64,000 bases of DNA from Candidatus Hydrogenedentota bacterium (GCA_963745075.1 CAVUWV010000001.1:256001-320000), one strand, 5' to 3'. Positions 30,402 through 43,317 are shown, numbered from the stretch's first letter. Program-made: numbers and translations. The notes: a model not told the origin generated them from the sequence alone.

Positions 30402-33400
30402 ATGAACGCCAACGACGCCATCTACCTCGAACGCTGGATCCACCACCGCGAACCTGACGCGTTCCGCGAGATCGTCACCCGCTACGCAGGCATGGTTTAC
30501 GGCGCCGCCCGCCGCGTCCTCGGCGGCGCCGACGGCGCGGAAGACGTTGCCCAGGAGTGTTTCCAGACCCTTGCGACCGCCGAGAAAACTCCGTCCTCTT
30601 ACCTTGGCCCCTGGCTCCACCGTGTCGCGACAAACCTGGCACTCAAACGCGTACGCACCGATACCCGCCGCCGCGCGCGCGAAGAAGCGTACATCGCCGC
30701 ACAAACCACATCGGTCCAACCCACATGGGACGACATCTACGACCACGTGGACGAAGCCATCGCCTCATTGCCGGACGAAATGCGCGAACCCATCGTAGCC
30801 CATTACCTCGAGGGGTACAGCCAAACCGAGATCGCACGGGCACTCGCCATCCCCCGCCAAACCCTCACCAACCGCATCCACAAAGGCATCGACGAAATCC
30901 GAAAGACGCTCCGCCGACGCGGCATCGAAGTCGGAGGGGCGGCGTTAGGTACCCTGTTCGCAGCGCATCTCGCCGAAGCGGCGGTCGCGCCGGCGTCGCT
31001 ACGTGGGGCTGCCGGGAAAATCGCGTTGTCCGGCGCGCATCCGTCGGCAGCGGCAGCACCGGTGCGAAGGTTGCGGCCGCGGTCTCCGCGAAGTGGGTTG
31101 TTGGACTCGCGGCCTCGCTCGTTGTAGGGGTAGCTACGCTGACGTTGTTACCGAGATCACGTGCGTGGTTCTCGAATGAAACCGTACGGCCGGTAACCAC
31201 GCAATCGGATAGCTCCTCAGGGATTGCTGCTGAAACCGCTGACGTGTCACGGAGAGCGCTGGTGCAACCGCAAAAGGCGCCGGAAACTGTAGTAACGGCT
31301 GCGGCCCGCTCGCTTACTCAGGGTACTGTGTCGGGGAAGGTCTACGACGCCCAAACCGAATCTCCGATTGCCGGAGCATACGTGGTGCTTCGACGCTCCG
31401 ACCCCACGGGCGATAAGCCGCCGCTCACGGAAACCGGCAAGAATGGCGAATTCCGGTTCGACGGACTGCCGCTGGGCACATACACGTTGAATTACGCCAT
31501 GCTCGGTCTTCGAGAGCCCCCATCAAGCGAAGCCAAGACCATTCGCCTGACGCCCGATGAAAGCGCCGCGGCCATCGATTTTCCGGTAGTCATGGGGCCT
31601 CACCTCCACGGGCGCGTTGTCGATCCGGAGGGGCATCCGGTAGCCAAGGCGATGGTCTTTGGCATACGCAATCTAGGCAAGATCTCCGGACTCATCGTGC
31701 AAGACCTCTCCGCTGCCGATGGCACATTCGACCTCTACTTCGGCCACCAGCCTGAGCAGGTCCAATTGTTTGCCGGAACACACCCCGATCTCGGCGCGCA
31801 AGGCGACCGCTTGGCAAGCGATATCGTGGGGCCGTTCTATCCGAATGAAGACGGCACACCTGAAATCGAACTCAAGCTCCGTACAACGGCGACGATTTCC
31901 GGCACCGTTCTGGATACCGACGGTGTGCCGGTGGCGAATGCGCGTGTGATACCCCGAAGCAAGGGGGCGGGCGAGGGGACGGAAATGTGGCGACCCGCCG
32001 AAACCGGAGAGGACGGGGCATTCACGCTTTCCGGCTTACTTGCGGGCTCGTACGACTTGGATTTGATGCCGCCCGATACCGAGCGTTTCATTCATCCATT
32101 GCCTCCCAACGACCGGCTTGACGTGGTTTGGGGGGAGACCAGATCGGGGCTTCAATTGGTTTTGGACCTCGGGATCTCCATATCCGGCACGTGTATGACC
32201 GTGCGGGCCAGCCGATAGGGGACGCTTATGTGCAAGGTGGAGGAAGCTACGCGCGAACGAAGGGCGACGGTTCGTACCAACTCACGGGACTGACTCCTGA
32301 CCGCTGTGAAATCTCGGTTCGCCATGATGAATACGTTGACAACAGGTTACCCCAAGTGGCGGCGGGCAGCACCGGCATCGACTTCATACTGGAGCGCCGA
32401 GGCGCGATTGAAGGTCAGGTTATCGACGCCTTGACGGGGCAACCTATCGAGCGCTTCAGAATTACGCATTTCCCCGAGCCATACACGCCCTTCTATCCCG
32501 GTTGGGAACGAGACCTGAAGGAACAGTCCGACCCGAACGGTGCGTTTCGCATCGCCAACGTCACTCCCGGAGCGGCGAAGGTCGTCGTTCTGGCGGAGGG
32601 CTACCTGCAAGCCGATGTCGATGTGGAGAAGGTGCTCACCTGGACAGACCGTGAAGGATGTCGTAATCCGCCTACAGCCAGGACTGACCCTGGAAGGCCG
32701 CGTCGTCGATACCAACGGCCGTCCCCTCTCAAACGTCGGGATAATCCCAAGTACGGTGCGCCCAGGATTTCCGATACCGCCAACCATCACTACGCGAACC
32801 GGCGATGACGGAACATTTGTCTTGACGGGCTTGTCGGAAGAGACTATGACAGTCGCAGCCGTACTGCCCGGGATACGCGCCCTCTGTTGAATCCGTCTCC
32901 GTCGCGCCGGCGCGAATGAACCGACGTGACGATTACGTTGGCTTCAGGGGCAGCCATTCACGGCACGATGTACGTTAACGGGGTGCCGTCGCCGGAAAAG
33001 TCGTCCGAATTGCACGCGTCTGCGCAGATCGGTGATGCACCGCAGACGACAACAACTTCAAACGGCGGCTACCACTTCGCTGAAGTTCCCCCCGGAGAGG
33101 TGATTGTTTTGGCGACCCTTGACGGCGATTTGACGCAACCGTTGACTCAATATCGCACGCTCAGCCAAAGAGCAATAGTCTCGGACGGACAGTCCTTGAT
33201 TTTGGATTTCCGCTATACCGCTGGCAACGCGTCAGTCGAAGGAGGTCGTAACCGATAGAGCTGAGCCCATCGCAGTGCGCAGGTCACACTCCTCGTGGAT
33301 ACCTCGTCTGGGAAGGAGGAGCATTCATACGGACGATGAACCCGGAAGACAACAGGCATTTCCGATTCGCTGGTTGTACCCGCAGGATCCGCTCAGCTCA

Positions 33401-33830
33401 ACGGTCACCGAACAAGTGGACACAATAACCGGCGCAGTTCTTTCGACATAGGCAAAGGCGAGGCCGTCACAAAAGATATCGACTTCGCTGAAGGCCGCGC
33501 AAGTATTCAGGCCAGGGTTACCGGCCTGCAACCCGAGGAGAAGATGATGCTCGTGGCGATCCGGGGCGAAATCGAGGCCGGCGAGTATACGGAGTCCCTG
33601 TCGGAAGTGTTGCGGCGGTACGGTCCTCAAACCGCCGGGCGAAAGTCAACAAGTCGAAAACGGCGACTGCGACTGGTACGGACTCGAGCCCGAGTCGCTA
33701 CACCATCGTCTCCGCGGTTTCCACGGGCGTTTCCGGCGCCATTCTGGTTGACGCCACGACTCCCTTTACCCTCGTTCCCATCGAGGTCGATGGCAAGACA
33801 ACGCAATTGATTGACATTGCCGCGCGGTAG
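30402..33830 (+). pseudogene. ECF sigma factor fused via a TM helix to carboxypeptidase-regulatory-like repeats; at least 6 frameshifts (pseudogene or assembly errors)
   Basis: Sigma regions 2 and 4 in 30402..31050; repeated GxVxDxxGxPVxxA motifs hop frames near 31050, 32200, 32640, 32870, 33250 and 33630; likely stop TAG at 33830. Confidence 0.75.
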
Positions 33831-33910
33831 CGCCGGACTAGTGCCCTGAGTTTCAAGTTCCTTCCCAATGATCCCGCGCCATGGGCAATCGAAAGTTCCC
33901 CTTGGAGGAC

Positions 33911-34080
33911 GGGCCGACAAAAGTGAAAAGACTGCGGGACACGGACAATTCAGTGTGAACCGAAAACGCTGTAGTCGTCGGCACGGCGGCAAAACTACGA
34001 CCATTTCGGCACATATTGTCTCTGGAGGTCCTTGCTGTCCCTACTGTCTCTGAAACGCCCGGCCAGACTTCTGTCGGCCC
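33911..34080. mobile_element. Putative MITE or IS remnant, 170 bp with 14-bp terminal inverted repeats
   Basis: GGGCCGACAAAAGT at 33911 and ACTTCTGTCGGCCC ending at 34080 (13/14 match); no transposase. Confidence 0.5.
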
Positions 34081-34799
34081 TATCGTTGAAAGGGATTCAG
34101 GGGGTTGTTCCCATCCAATCGTCGATGTGGCGTATAGAACGGACTAGGAACCGGTCTCATAATCTTCGCCAACATCCCCTCAAAATCCGCGCGCCACGAC
34201 GCAGACAAACCATCAACGCGCAGCACCTTCTCGATGCCCTCCCGATTGCCATTGTCGAAAAACCGTACGTGATTGGCGAATTGAACCGTGACTTGTTCCG
34301 GGTCGAGTCGCATGAGTTCGATGGGATCGCCCGCGGCGAGTTCGCCTTCTTCCACGACGCGGAGGTAGAAGCCGGAGCGTTCGCTTTCGAGGAAGAGTTT
34401 GACGATCTCGGGCATGCCCATGCGGATGCCGAGTTTGAAACAGGGCTGGCGCGGTTGCGTGACCTGGACCACGGCGGTTCCGACGCGAAAAACGTCGCCG
34501 ATATGGACCTCCGTTTCGAGCAGGCCTTCGGTTGTAAGGTTCTCCCCGAACTGGCCAAAGGTGAAATCGCTGCGGTCCAGTTGCTCGCGCCAATAGGCGT
34601 AGTGTTCGTAGGGATAGGCGTAGACAGCCTTGTCCGCGCCGCCGTGGTAGCGCGGGTCGGCCTGGCCGTCGCCGTCGAGATTATGCTTGGGCAGCGTGAT
34701 TCGGCCCGACACCGGGCTCTTGAAGATGCCGGTCATAACCGGTCCCTTCGGGCCCTCTACTTCACGGGGCGTGCCGACGTTTAGTGATACCAGGTGCAT
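34080..34799 (-). CDS. MOSC-domain protein (YiiM-like)
   Basis: GDGQAD..HGGADKAVY, FGENL, QPRQPCFKL and SGFYLRV motifs. Confidence 0.9.
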   Translation of the reverse strand: MHLVSLNVGTPREVEGPKGPVMTGIFKSPVSGRITLPKHNLDGDGQADPRYHGGADKAVYAYPYEHYAYWREQLDRSDFTFGQFGENLTTEGLLETEVHIGDVFRVGTAVVQVTQPRQPCFKLGIRMGMPEIVKLFLESERSGFYLRVVEEGELAAGDPIELMRLDPEQVTVQFANHVRFFDNGNREGIEKVLRVDGLSASWRADFEGMLAKIMRPVPSPFYTPHRRLDGNNPLNPFQR

Positions 34800-34844
34800 G
34801 TTGTAAATCCGTTAGGTGGTTTAATCTCTCAATTCAAGAGAATA

Positions 34845-35002
34845 CACAGCCGAGGGCGGCTGTGCCACACTCGCTTGTCCAATAGTCAATCTTTCGGTTA
34901 CCTGTCGCTGTGATTGGTTAGGCCAGTACCTCTGACGGAATGGGATTGCACGACGTATTTACACTAAGACGTGTGGCACAGCCACGCCACGGCGTGACTG
35001 TG
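34845..35002. repeat. Divergent doublet of REP family A hairpins
   Basis: Minus copy at 34845-34870 and extended-stem plus copy at 34971-35002, 100 nt apart. Confidence 0.75.
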
Positions 35003-35045
35003 GTCTTTGAGGCATGAAATTCAATTCCGACCGTGGTTCCTTGAC

Positions 35046-35815
35046 TCACTCCATCTCCACATACCGGCGTGCCCACGCGGCAATCACTTCGCCGGCGTAC
35101 CGGGCATCGGCCTCTTTGCTCAACAGAGTGGTCGGCCGTGTCCAGACTCACAAAACTCTTCGGATGCCGCGCCGCCTCGAAGAGCTTCGCCCGCGTTATC
35201 GATGTGGACCGTCGTGTCCTCCGGCGAATGCAGGATCAGCAAAGCCCGGCCAAGATTCGCGACTACTTCATTCCAGTTGTCGTGGCGCAGGCTCTCCAGG
35301 AATTCCCGCCGGATCGTATACGTCTGCCCACCGATGGTGACTTCCGCCGCACCCGTCTTCTCGATGTCCTCATTCACCCGCGACAAGAGGTCGGCGAGAC
35401 TTCCCGGGCTATGCGGCGCCGCCAAGGTAACGACGGCCGTGCACGCCGGGATGAACTCCGCCGCCTGCAACACCGCCGCTCCTCCCAGCGAATGCCCCAG
35501 CAACAGGTTGGGCGCGGCGTAGTGCTGCTCCATGTACCGGGCTGCCGCCAACAGGTCCTCCACATTCGACGTAAACGTGGTCTCCTCGAATTCGCCGCCG
35601 CTTTGTCCAAGCCCGGTAAAGTCGAAGCGGAACACGCCCCACCCACGGTCGGTCAACGTCCGCGCGATGTTCACGAGGCCTTTGTAGTCCTTCGAACAGG
35701 TGAAGCAGTGGGCGATGAGCGCGTAGGCGCCCGGGTCCCCTGAGTCGGGATGGTCGATACGAGCGGCCAGTGCATGCCCATCGCTGCCTGCGAATTCTAT
35801 GGAGGTTGTCTTCAT
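35046..35815 (-). CDS. Alpha/beta hydrolase (type found fused to OsmC); frameshifts near 35180 and 35127
   Basis: AHCFTCSKD, RFDFTGLGQS, GHSLGG nucleophile, HSPED; corrected end HPKSFVSLDTADHLL...WARRYVEME-stop. Confidence 0.8.
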
Positions 35816-36249
35816 ATTATCTTCCGCCTAACCAGAACGATTCCCCAGTAGGAATTCGTATGTCTGTCAAAAATCCGTCAAGCGAAAACATCCCGTGGTC
35901 CCCAGGGTTTCGAGAATTTGGAATTGGGCTCACGTGATGCGAAACGCGAATTCAACGGTTTCGTTCCCGTGAAACGCTTGATAATCGGTGGTTTGATCCC
36001 GACGAATTCGCAATTGCATTCGGGCAATTCCAAGGAATGACACTCCGTCATTTCCTCCCACTCTAAGCAGTTCGTCGAGGACAATTATTGACGGCATAAA
36101 CTCAAGCATCACGTTTGTTTCTCTTTCAGTATCGTCTATATGCGCCTGCGATTCCGCAGCACAGACGTTGATATACTCCTCCTCACAGATGCCGGCGGCT
36201 GGTCACAGCCTTTGTGCCGGGGCCAACCATAACACAAGGAAACGCTGCC

Positions 36250-37236
<987 letters not shown>

Positions 37237-37330
37237 GGCGCCTTCGGGTATCCCCGTTTAACGGGCATAATCTTGACCGATCCGGCGTTGTCAATGCAGA
37301 GTATTGACCGTATTGGGGTCTTTCCCCCGC

Positions 37331-37360
37331 TTGAATGAAGCCGGGAATTTGGCCTACAAT
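37331..37360 (+). promoter_or_regulatory. Putative sigma70 promoter for the pyruvate dehydrogenase operon
   Basis: TTGAAT-N18-TACAAT. Confidence 0.4.
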
Positions 37361-37547
37361 ACCGTTTTTCCAAGCGTAACCGATTTCATTGCAAGGCACG
37401 CGGAGAAAGTCGGGCGCCGGCGAGGGGCCAGGTCGTGAGTACCGAGGCATACCCGGCGCAGGGCAGATAGTCAGACGCGGTACCGGGTCCCGTCGGTAGG
37501 CGTCCGTCCTCGGACGCACCCAAATTCCCCTATGAGGTGAGCGAATC

Positions 37548-40229
37548 GTGGCAACCAACGTAGAAGAATACGATGTAGACGAGATTGTCGAGGCCGAGAC
37601 ACGCGAGTGGCTCCAATCCCTCAATTACGTCATCGAGAACGAGGGTGCGGACCGGGTAATCCATATTCTGCGTCAGTTGCAGATTCGAGCCCAGGCCGCC
37701 GGGGTCAAGTTTCCATTCACGGCCAACACGCCCTATGTAAACACCATTCGGCCCGAAGACCAGCCATCGTATCCCGGCAGTCGCGAAATCGAGCGGCGGA
37801 TCAAGAGCATCATCCGATGGAACGCCATGGCCATGGTCGTGCGGGCCAATCGCGAGGAACACGGCATCGGCGGTCACATTTCGACGTACGCGTCCGCCGC
37901 GACGTTGTACGAAGTCGGTTTCAACCACTTCTTCCGGGGCACCGGCAAGGATCACAGCGGCGATCAGGTCTACTTTCAGGGCCATGCCTCCCCCGGGATC
38001 TATTCGAGGGCCTTCCTCGAAGGCCGATTGTCCATCGAGCAACTCGAAAACTTCCGGGCGGAGTTGCAGCCGGGTGGAGGATTGTCATCCTATCCGCACC
38101 CCTGGCTCATGCCCGAGTTCTGGCAATTCCCGACGGTCTCCATGGGGCTGGGTCCCATCATGGCCATTTACCAGGCCCGCTTTAACCGCTATCTCGAAGA
38201 CCGGGGTCTCAAAAAGGACAACGGGAACAAGGTCTGGGCGTTCCTCGGCGACGGCGAAACCGACGAACCGGAAACCCTGGGCGCGATTACGTTGGCCGCG
38301 CGCGAGAAACTCGACAATCTAATCTTCGTCATCAACTGCAATCTCCAGCGCCTGGACGGCCCCGTCCGCGGGAACGGAAAGATCATTCAGGAATTGGAAG
38401 CCATCTTCCGCGGCGCCGGCTGGAACGTCATCAAGGTGGTCTGGAGCAGCGAATGGGATCCCCTGCTGTCCCAGGATACCCAGGGGCTCCTCGTGAAGCG
38501 GATGGGCGAAGTCGTTGACGGCCAGTACCAGAAATATACGGTCGAAGACGGAAAATACATTCGCGAACATTTCCTCAACGGCGATCCGCGGCTGCTCAAT
38601 CTCGCCCGGGGTCTCACGGACGAACAACTCCGCAAAATCAAACGCGGCGGTCACGATCCCGAGAAGGTCTACGCCGCGTATCACGCCGCCGTTAACCATC
38701 AGGGTCAGCCGACGGTCATTCTCGCGAAGACGATTAAAGGCTACGGCCTCGGCGAGAGTGGTGAAGGCAAGAACATCACCCATCAGCAGAAGAAACTGAA
38801 CGAAGACGAACTGCGCGAATTTCGTACCCGCTTCGGGATTCCGATTTCCGATGAAGACGTGGCCCGCGCGCCCTTCTACCGGCCCGCCGAGAACAGCCCC
38901 GAAATGGTCTACCTTCGCGAGCGGCGTGATTCGTTGGGCGGGTACATGCCCACGCGTGCCACCTCATGTCAGCCCTTCGAGATGCCCGACCCCGCTGCCT
39001 TCGAAGAGTTTCACGAGGGTTCCGACGACCGCACCTTCTCCACAACCTTCGCATTCGTGCGGATATTGGCGAAGCTGCTCCGCGATAAGAAGATGGGCAA
39101 ATACGTCGTGCCGATCGTTCCGGACGAGGCGCGCACGTTCGGGATGGAATCCCTGTTCCGCCAGGTTGGCATCTACGCGCACGGGGGACAACTCTACGAG
39201 CCGGTCGATTCCGACAGCCTCATCTATTACAAGGAAGCCAAGGACGGACAAATCCTCGAAGAAGGGATTACCGAGGCCGGTTCCATGTCGTCATTCATCG
39301 CCGCGGGCACGGCCTATTCAACGCACGGCATTCCCATGCTTCCGTTCTTCATCTTCTACTCCATGTTCGGATTTCAGCGCATCGGCGACCTGATGTGGGC
39401 AGCGGGAGATACCCGCTGCCGGGGATTTCTGCTGGGCGCCACAGCGGGCCGCACCACGCTCGCCGGCGAAGGCTTGCAGCACCAGGACGGCAACAGCCAC
39501 CTGCTGGCCAGCACCATTCCGAATCTCGTCACCTACGACCCCGCGTTCGCCTACGAACTGGCGGTCATCCTGAAAGACGGTATCCGCCGCATGTACCAGG
39601 AACAGGAAAGCATCTTCTACTACATCACCGTCGGCAACGAGCCGTATGCAATGCCCGCCATGCCGGAGGGGTGCGAAGATGGCATCCTCAAAGGCATGTA
39701 CAAATTCCGCGCGGCAACGGACAAAAAGACCAAGTTGAAGGCGCAGATTCTCGGCAGTGGTTCCATTATGAACGAGGCGTTGAAAGCCCAAGAGATCCTC
39801 GCCGCGGACTACGGGGTCGCGGCCGATGTATGGAGCGTCACGAGCTACAAGGAACTGCGCCGCGACGCACTGGAATGCGAGCGCTGGAATATGCTGAATC
39901 CCGGCGCGAAAAAACAGAAACCCTACGTGGCCGAATGTCTCGAGGGCGAACAGGGCGTGGTGGTCGCGGCTTCGGACTACGTGCAGGCGCTGCCGGACAT
40001 GCTGGGCCGATGGGTTCCCCAGCGGCTCGTTTCTCTCGGCACGGATGGATTCGGCCGCAGCGAATCGCGCCGCGCGTTGCGCGATTTCTTTGAGGTCGAC
40101 GCGCGGTTCATCACGCTCGGGACCCTTCACGGTCTCGCGCAAGAGGGCAAGATCAAGCCGGACGTGCTGCAAAAGGCAATCAAACAACTCGAAATCGACC
40201 CCAAAAAGCCCAATCCCTTGCGCGACTAA
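37548..40229 (+). CDS. aceE: Pyruvate dehydrogenase E1, homodimeric type
   Basis: GGHISTYAS, FQGHASPG, SSYPHP, GDGETDEPE, NCNLQRLDGPVRGN and GEGLQHQD motifs. Confidence 0.97.
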   Translation: MATNVEEYDVDEIVEAETREWLQSLNYVIENEGADRVIHILRQLQIRAQAAGVKFPFTANTPYVNTIRPEDQPSYPGSREIERRIKSIIRWNAMAMVVRANREEHGIGGHISTYASAATLYEVGFNHFFRGTGKDHSGDQVYFQGHASPGIYSRAFLEGRLSIEQLENFRAELQPGGGLSSYPHPWLMPEFWQFPTVSMGLGPIMAIYQARFNRYLEDRGLKKDNGNKVWAFLGDGETDEPETLGAITLAAREKLDNLIFVINCNLQRLDGPVRGNGKIIQELEAIFRGAGWNVIKVVWSSEWDPLLSQDTQGLLVKRMGEVVDGQYQKYTVEDGKYIREHFLNGDPRLLNLARGLTDEQLRKIKRGGHDPEKVYAAYHAAVNHQGQPTVILAKTIKGYGLGESGEGKNITHQQKKLNEDELREFRTRFGIPISDEDVARAPFYRPAENSPEMVYLRERRDSLGGYMPTRATSCQPFEMPDPAAFEEFHEGSDDRTFSTTFAFVRILAKLLRDKKMGKYVVPIVPDEARTFGMESLFRQVGIYAHGGQLYEPVDSDSLIYYKEAKDGQILEEGITEAGSMSSFIAAGTAYSTHGIPMLPFFIFYSMFGFQRIGDLMWAAGDTRCRGFLLGATAGRTTLAGEGLQHQDGNSHLLASTIPNLVTYDPAFAYELAVILKDGIRRMYQEQESIFYYITVGNEPYAMPAMPEGCEDGILKGMYKFRAATDKKTKLKAQILGSGSIMNEALKAQEILAADYGVAADVWSVTSYKELRRDALECERWNMLNPGAKKQKPYVAECLEGEQGVVVAASDYVQALPDMLGRWVPQRLVSLGTDGFGRSESRRALRDFFEVDARFITLGTLHGLAQEGKIKPDVLQKAIKQLEIDPKKPNPLRD

Positions 40230-40302
40230 TATTGCGGATGAATGCAGTGGAAGCAGAGGGCCCACGAATCGGAAGAGGTTCCAACGACCATAGGATAGAC
40301 TG

Positions 40303-41673
40303 ATGGCTACAGAATTCAAATTGCCGGCACTCGCCGAAAACGTTGACGAAGTCAACGTGACGAAGATATTTGTCTCCGAAGGCGACGAAATCCAAAAGGA
40401 TCAGCCCGTACTCGAGATCGAAACGGATAAGGCCGCCGCCGAAGTTCCGTCCGACGTGAGCGGCACGATTTCCGAGATTCGTGCGAAAGAAGGTTCTCCC
40501 CTGCGCGTGGGGGACGTGGTCCTCGTCGTGAAGGATGGGGCCGGCGCAAAGAAGAAAGACGAGGCCCCTGCCAAAGAGGAACTCAAAGAAGAGGAACCGA
40601 AGGCGGTAGAGCGAAAGCCGGAAGAACCCAAGGCCAAACAAGAGAAACCGAAACCGGCGGCCGAGGAGCCCCCAAAACAGCCCGAACCGCAAGCCGCTGA
40701 AGAGGCCCCGGCCGAACCGGAGCCGCCCCAAGAAACCCCTCCGGCGCCCGCGCGCCGTGCCGGTAGCGGTCCCGTGCCGGCAGCGCCGAGTGTGCGCCGT
40801 TTGGCCCGCGAGATCGGCGTGGACGTTACCGAGGTGCCGGGTTCCGGTCCTGGCGGTCGCATCTCCATGGACGACGTCAAGAACTACGCGCGTCGCGTCA
40901 ATACCGACGTGCGCGGTCTCTCCGGCGGCGTAGTTTCGATTCGCACGCCCTTGCCGGATTTCACCCGGTGGGGTGAAGTCGAGCGTCAGGCGATGAACAG
41001 CGTGCGCCGACGCACCGCCGAAAACATGGCCACTTCGTGGTCGACGGTTCCGCACGTGACGCAATTCGACAAGGCCGACGTGACCCAGCTCGAGGAACTG
41101 CGGAAGCGCTATGGCAAACGCGTCGAAGCGCAGGGCGGAAAACTGACCGCAACGGCTATCCTCGTGAAGGTCTTGGCCAGCGCGCTGAAGAAGTTTCCCC
41201 AGTTCAACGCCAGCATCGACCTCGCGAACAACGAAATCGTCTACAAGCAGTATTACAACATCGGTGTCGCGGTGGATACGGACCGCGGACTGTTGGTCCC
41301 CGTCATTCACAACGCCGACCGAAAGAACATCGTCGAGATCGCGGTCGAACTCAGCGGCCTCGCCGAGCGCGCGCGGCAGCGCAAAAGCAAGATCGAAGAA
41401 ATGCAGGGCGGCACGTTTACCGTCAGCAATCTGGGCGGCATCGGCGGTACCGCGTTTACGCCCATCGTCAACCCTCCCGAAGTGGCGATTCTCGGTGTGT
41501 CGCGATCCACGGTCGAGCCGGTCTTTGTAGATGGCGCATTCATCCCGCGCACGTTGCTTCCGTTATCCTTGTCCTACGATCATCGCGTGATCGACGGGGC
41601 CGACGGCGCGCGGTTCCTGCGTTGGGTAATTGAAGCATTGGAGCAACCCTTCCTCCTGTTCCTGGAGGGGTGA
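40303..41673 (+). CDS. aceF: Dihydrolipoamide acetyltransferase (E2) with one lipoyl domain
   Basis: ETDKA lipoyl site, PSVRRLARE binding domain, SYDHRVIDGA catalytic motif. Confidence 0.95.
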   Translation: MATEFKLPALAENVDEVNVTKIFVSEGDEIQKDQPVLEIETDKAAAEVPSDVSGTISEIRAKEGSPLRVGDVVLVVKDGAGAKKKDEAPAKEELKEEEPKAVERKPEEPKAKQEKPKPAAEEPPKQPEPQAAEEAPAEPEPPQETPPAPARRAGSGPVPAAPSVRRLAREIGVDVTEVPGSGPGGRISMDDVKNYARRVNTDVRGLSGGVVSIRTPLPDFTRWGEVERQAMNSVRRRTAENMATSWSTVPHVTQFDKADVTQLEELRKRYGKRVEAQGGKLTATAILVKVLASALKKFPQFNASIDLANNEIVYKQYYNIGVAVDTDRGLLVPVIHNADRKNIVEIAVELSGLAERARQRKSKIEEMQGGTFTVSNLGGIGGTAFTPIVNPPEVAILGVSRSTVEPVFVDGAFIPRTLLPLSLSYDHRVIDGADGARFLRWVIEALEQPFLLFLEG

Positions 41674-41850
41674 CGAATATCACTTCTATGCGCGCGCCTG
41701 CGTGCGAATTGACCCTCTTCGAGTTCCGTCAATCCGCCGGGCAAAAGACCGGGCGCGCGGTACTGCATACTGGCAAGGTCGTTCAGCAATCGCTGAACGC
41801 GACCGGCGCGACGCGGCACTGCCGCCCGCCGCGCTACAGCGGGATACACT

Positions 41851-43287
41851 ATGAGTGACACGAACGGAAAACACGGGAAGAAAGTGACGGTTATCGGCGG
41901 CGGCCCCGGTGGGTACGCTGCCGCATTCAAGGCAGCCGATCTCGGGCTCGACACGACCATCGTTGACTTGGAGCCGAATCCCGGCGGCGTCTGCCTCTAT
42001 CGCGGGTGCATCCCCTCCAAGGCGCTGCTGCACGTCGCCGAGGTCTTGACCGATGCGCGCGAAGCCGAGTACTGGGGCATCAAGTTCCAGAAACCGAAAA
42101 TCGACCTCGACAAAATGCGCGCGAGCAAGGACGCCGTCGTCGGCAAGATGACGGGCGGGCTCGGCCAGCTTTGCAAAGCCCGGAAAATTACCTTCGTTCA
42201 AGGCCGGGCCAGCTTCGAGGATTCCAATACGATCAAAGTGACGGATGACAAGGGCAAGGAACAAATCCTGAAGACGGATTACACCATCCTTGCCGCCGGC
42301 TCCCGACCGGCATCGTTGCCCGATCTCTATCTCGAATCCGATGCCCTTCTAAACTCGACGACCGCCCTCCAGATTGAAACTATCCCGAAAACCATGCTGG
42401 TCATTGGCGGCGGGTACATCGGCCTCGAACTGGGCTCCGTGTACGCCGCACTCGGCAGCAAGGTCACCGTCGTCGAGATGACCGGCTCGCTCCTACCCGG
42501 CGCGGACACCGACCTCGTCGCCGTCTTAAACAAGCGAATGGAGAAAGTCTTCCAATCCATCCTCCTCAACACGAAGGTCGCGGAATTGAAGCAAGTCTCG
42601 GGCGGCATCGCCGTCACGTTTACCTCGGAAGACGGCAAGGAACGGACGGAGACGTTCGAGCGCGTGCTGGTCAGTATTGGCCGCAAACCCAATTCCAGCG
42701 GTTTAACCCTCAACAATACCGGCGTCACCGTAAACTCTCGGGGATTCGTCGAAGTCGACGCGCAACGGCGGACCAACGATCCCGCCATCTTCGCCATCGG
42801 CGATATCGTGGGCGAGCCCATGCTGGCCCATAAAGCCTCCCACGAAGGCCGCGTCGCGGCCGAGGTCATTGCCGGACACAATGTCGCTTTCGAGCCCTTG
42901 GCGATCCCGGCGGTCGTGTTTACCGATCCCGAGTTAGCGTGGTGCGGTCTCACCGAGAAACAGGCCCAGCAGCAAAACCGGAAAGTGCACATCGCCCGGT
43001 TCCCCTGGGGCGCGTCGGGCCGGGCCTCGACCTTGCATCGAGACGACGGACTCACCAAAATCATTACAGACCCGGATACGGATCAGGTCCTGGGCGTGGG
43101 GATCGTCGGGCCGGGAGCGGGCGAACTCATCGCCCAGGGGGTGATCGCCATCGAGATGGGCGCGACGGCGGAAGACATCGGACTAACCATCCATCCGCAC
43201 CCGACGCTCAGCGAGACGATCATGGAATCCGCCGACCTGATCTTTGGTCAGGGCACGCACGTGTACCGGCCGGCTGGAAAGGACTAG
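41851..43287 (+). CDS. lpdA: Dihydrolipoamide dehydrogenase (E3)
   Basis: GGGPGGY, GGVCLYRGCIPSK and HPHPTLSE motifs. Confidence 0.97.
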   Translation: MSDTNGKHGKKVTVIGGGPGGYAAAFKAADLGLDTTIVDLEPNPGGVCLYRGCIPSKALLHVAEVLTDAREAEYWGIKFQKPKIDLDKMRASKDAVVGKMTGGLGQLCKARKITFVQGRASFEDSNTIKVTDDKGKEQILKTDYTILAAGSRPASLPDLYLESDALLNSTTALQIETIPKTMLVIGGGYIGLELGSVYAALGSKVTVVEMTGSLLPGADTDLVAVLNKRMEKVFQSILLNTKVAELKQVSGGIAVTFTSEDGKERTETFERVLVSIGRKPNSSGLTLNNTGVTVNSRGFVEVDAQRRTNDPAIFAIGDIVGEPMLAHKASHEGRVAAEVIAGHNVAFEPLAIPAVVFTDPELAWCGLTEKQAQQQNRKVHIARFPWGASGRASTLHRDDGLTKIITDPDTDQVLGVGIVGPGAGELIAQGVIAIEMGATAEDIGLTIHPHPTLSETIMESADLIFGQGTHVYRPAGKD

Positions 43288-43317
43288 AGTATTTTAACTT
43301 TTTCCGTGTCCTCTTAA

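Noticed and set aside
35878..36112. Small minus-strand ORFs between the hydrolase and AKR genes
   Set aside because: Two competing frames, neither with convincing features.
41670..41858. 62-aa ORF overlapping the aceF stop and lpdA start
   Set aside because: The double overlap is suggestive, but there is no recognisable motif; it cannot be supported without homologs or ribosome profiling.
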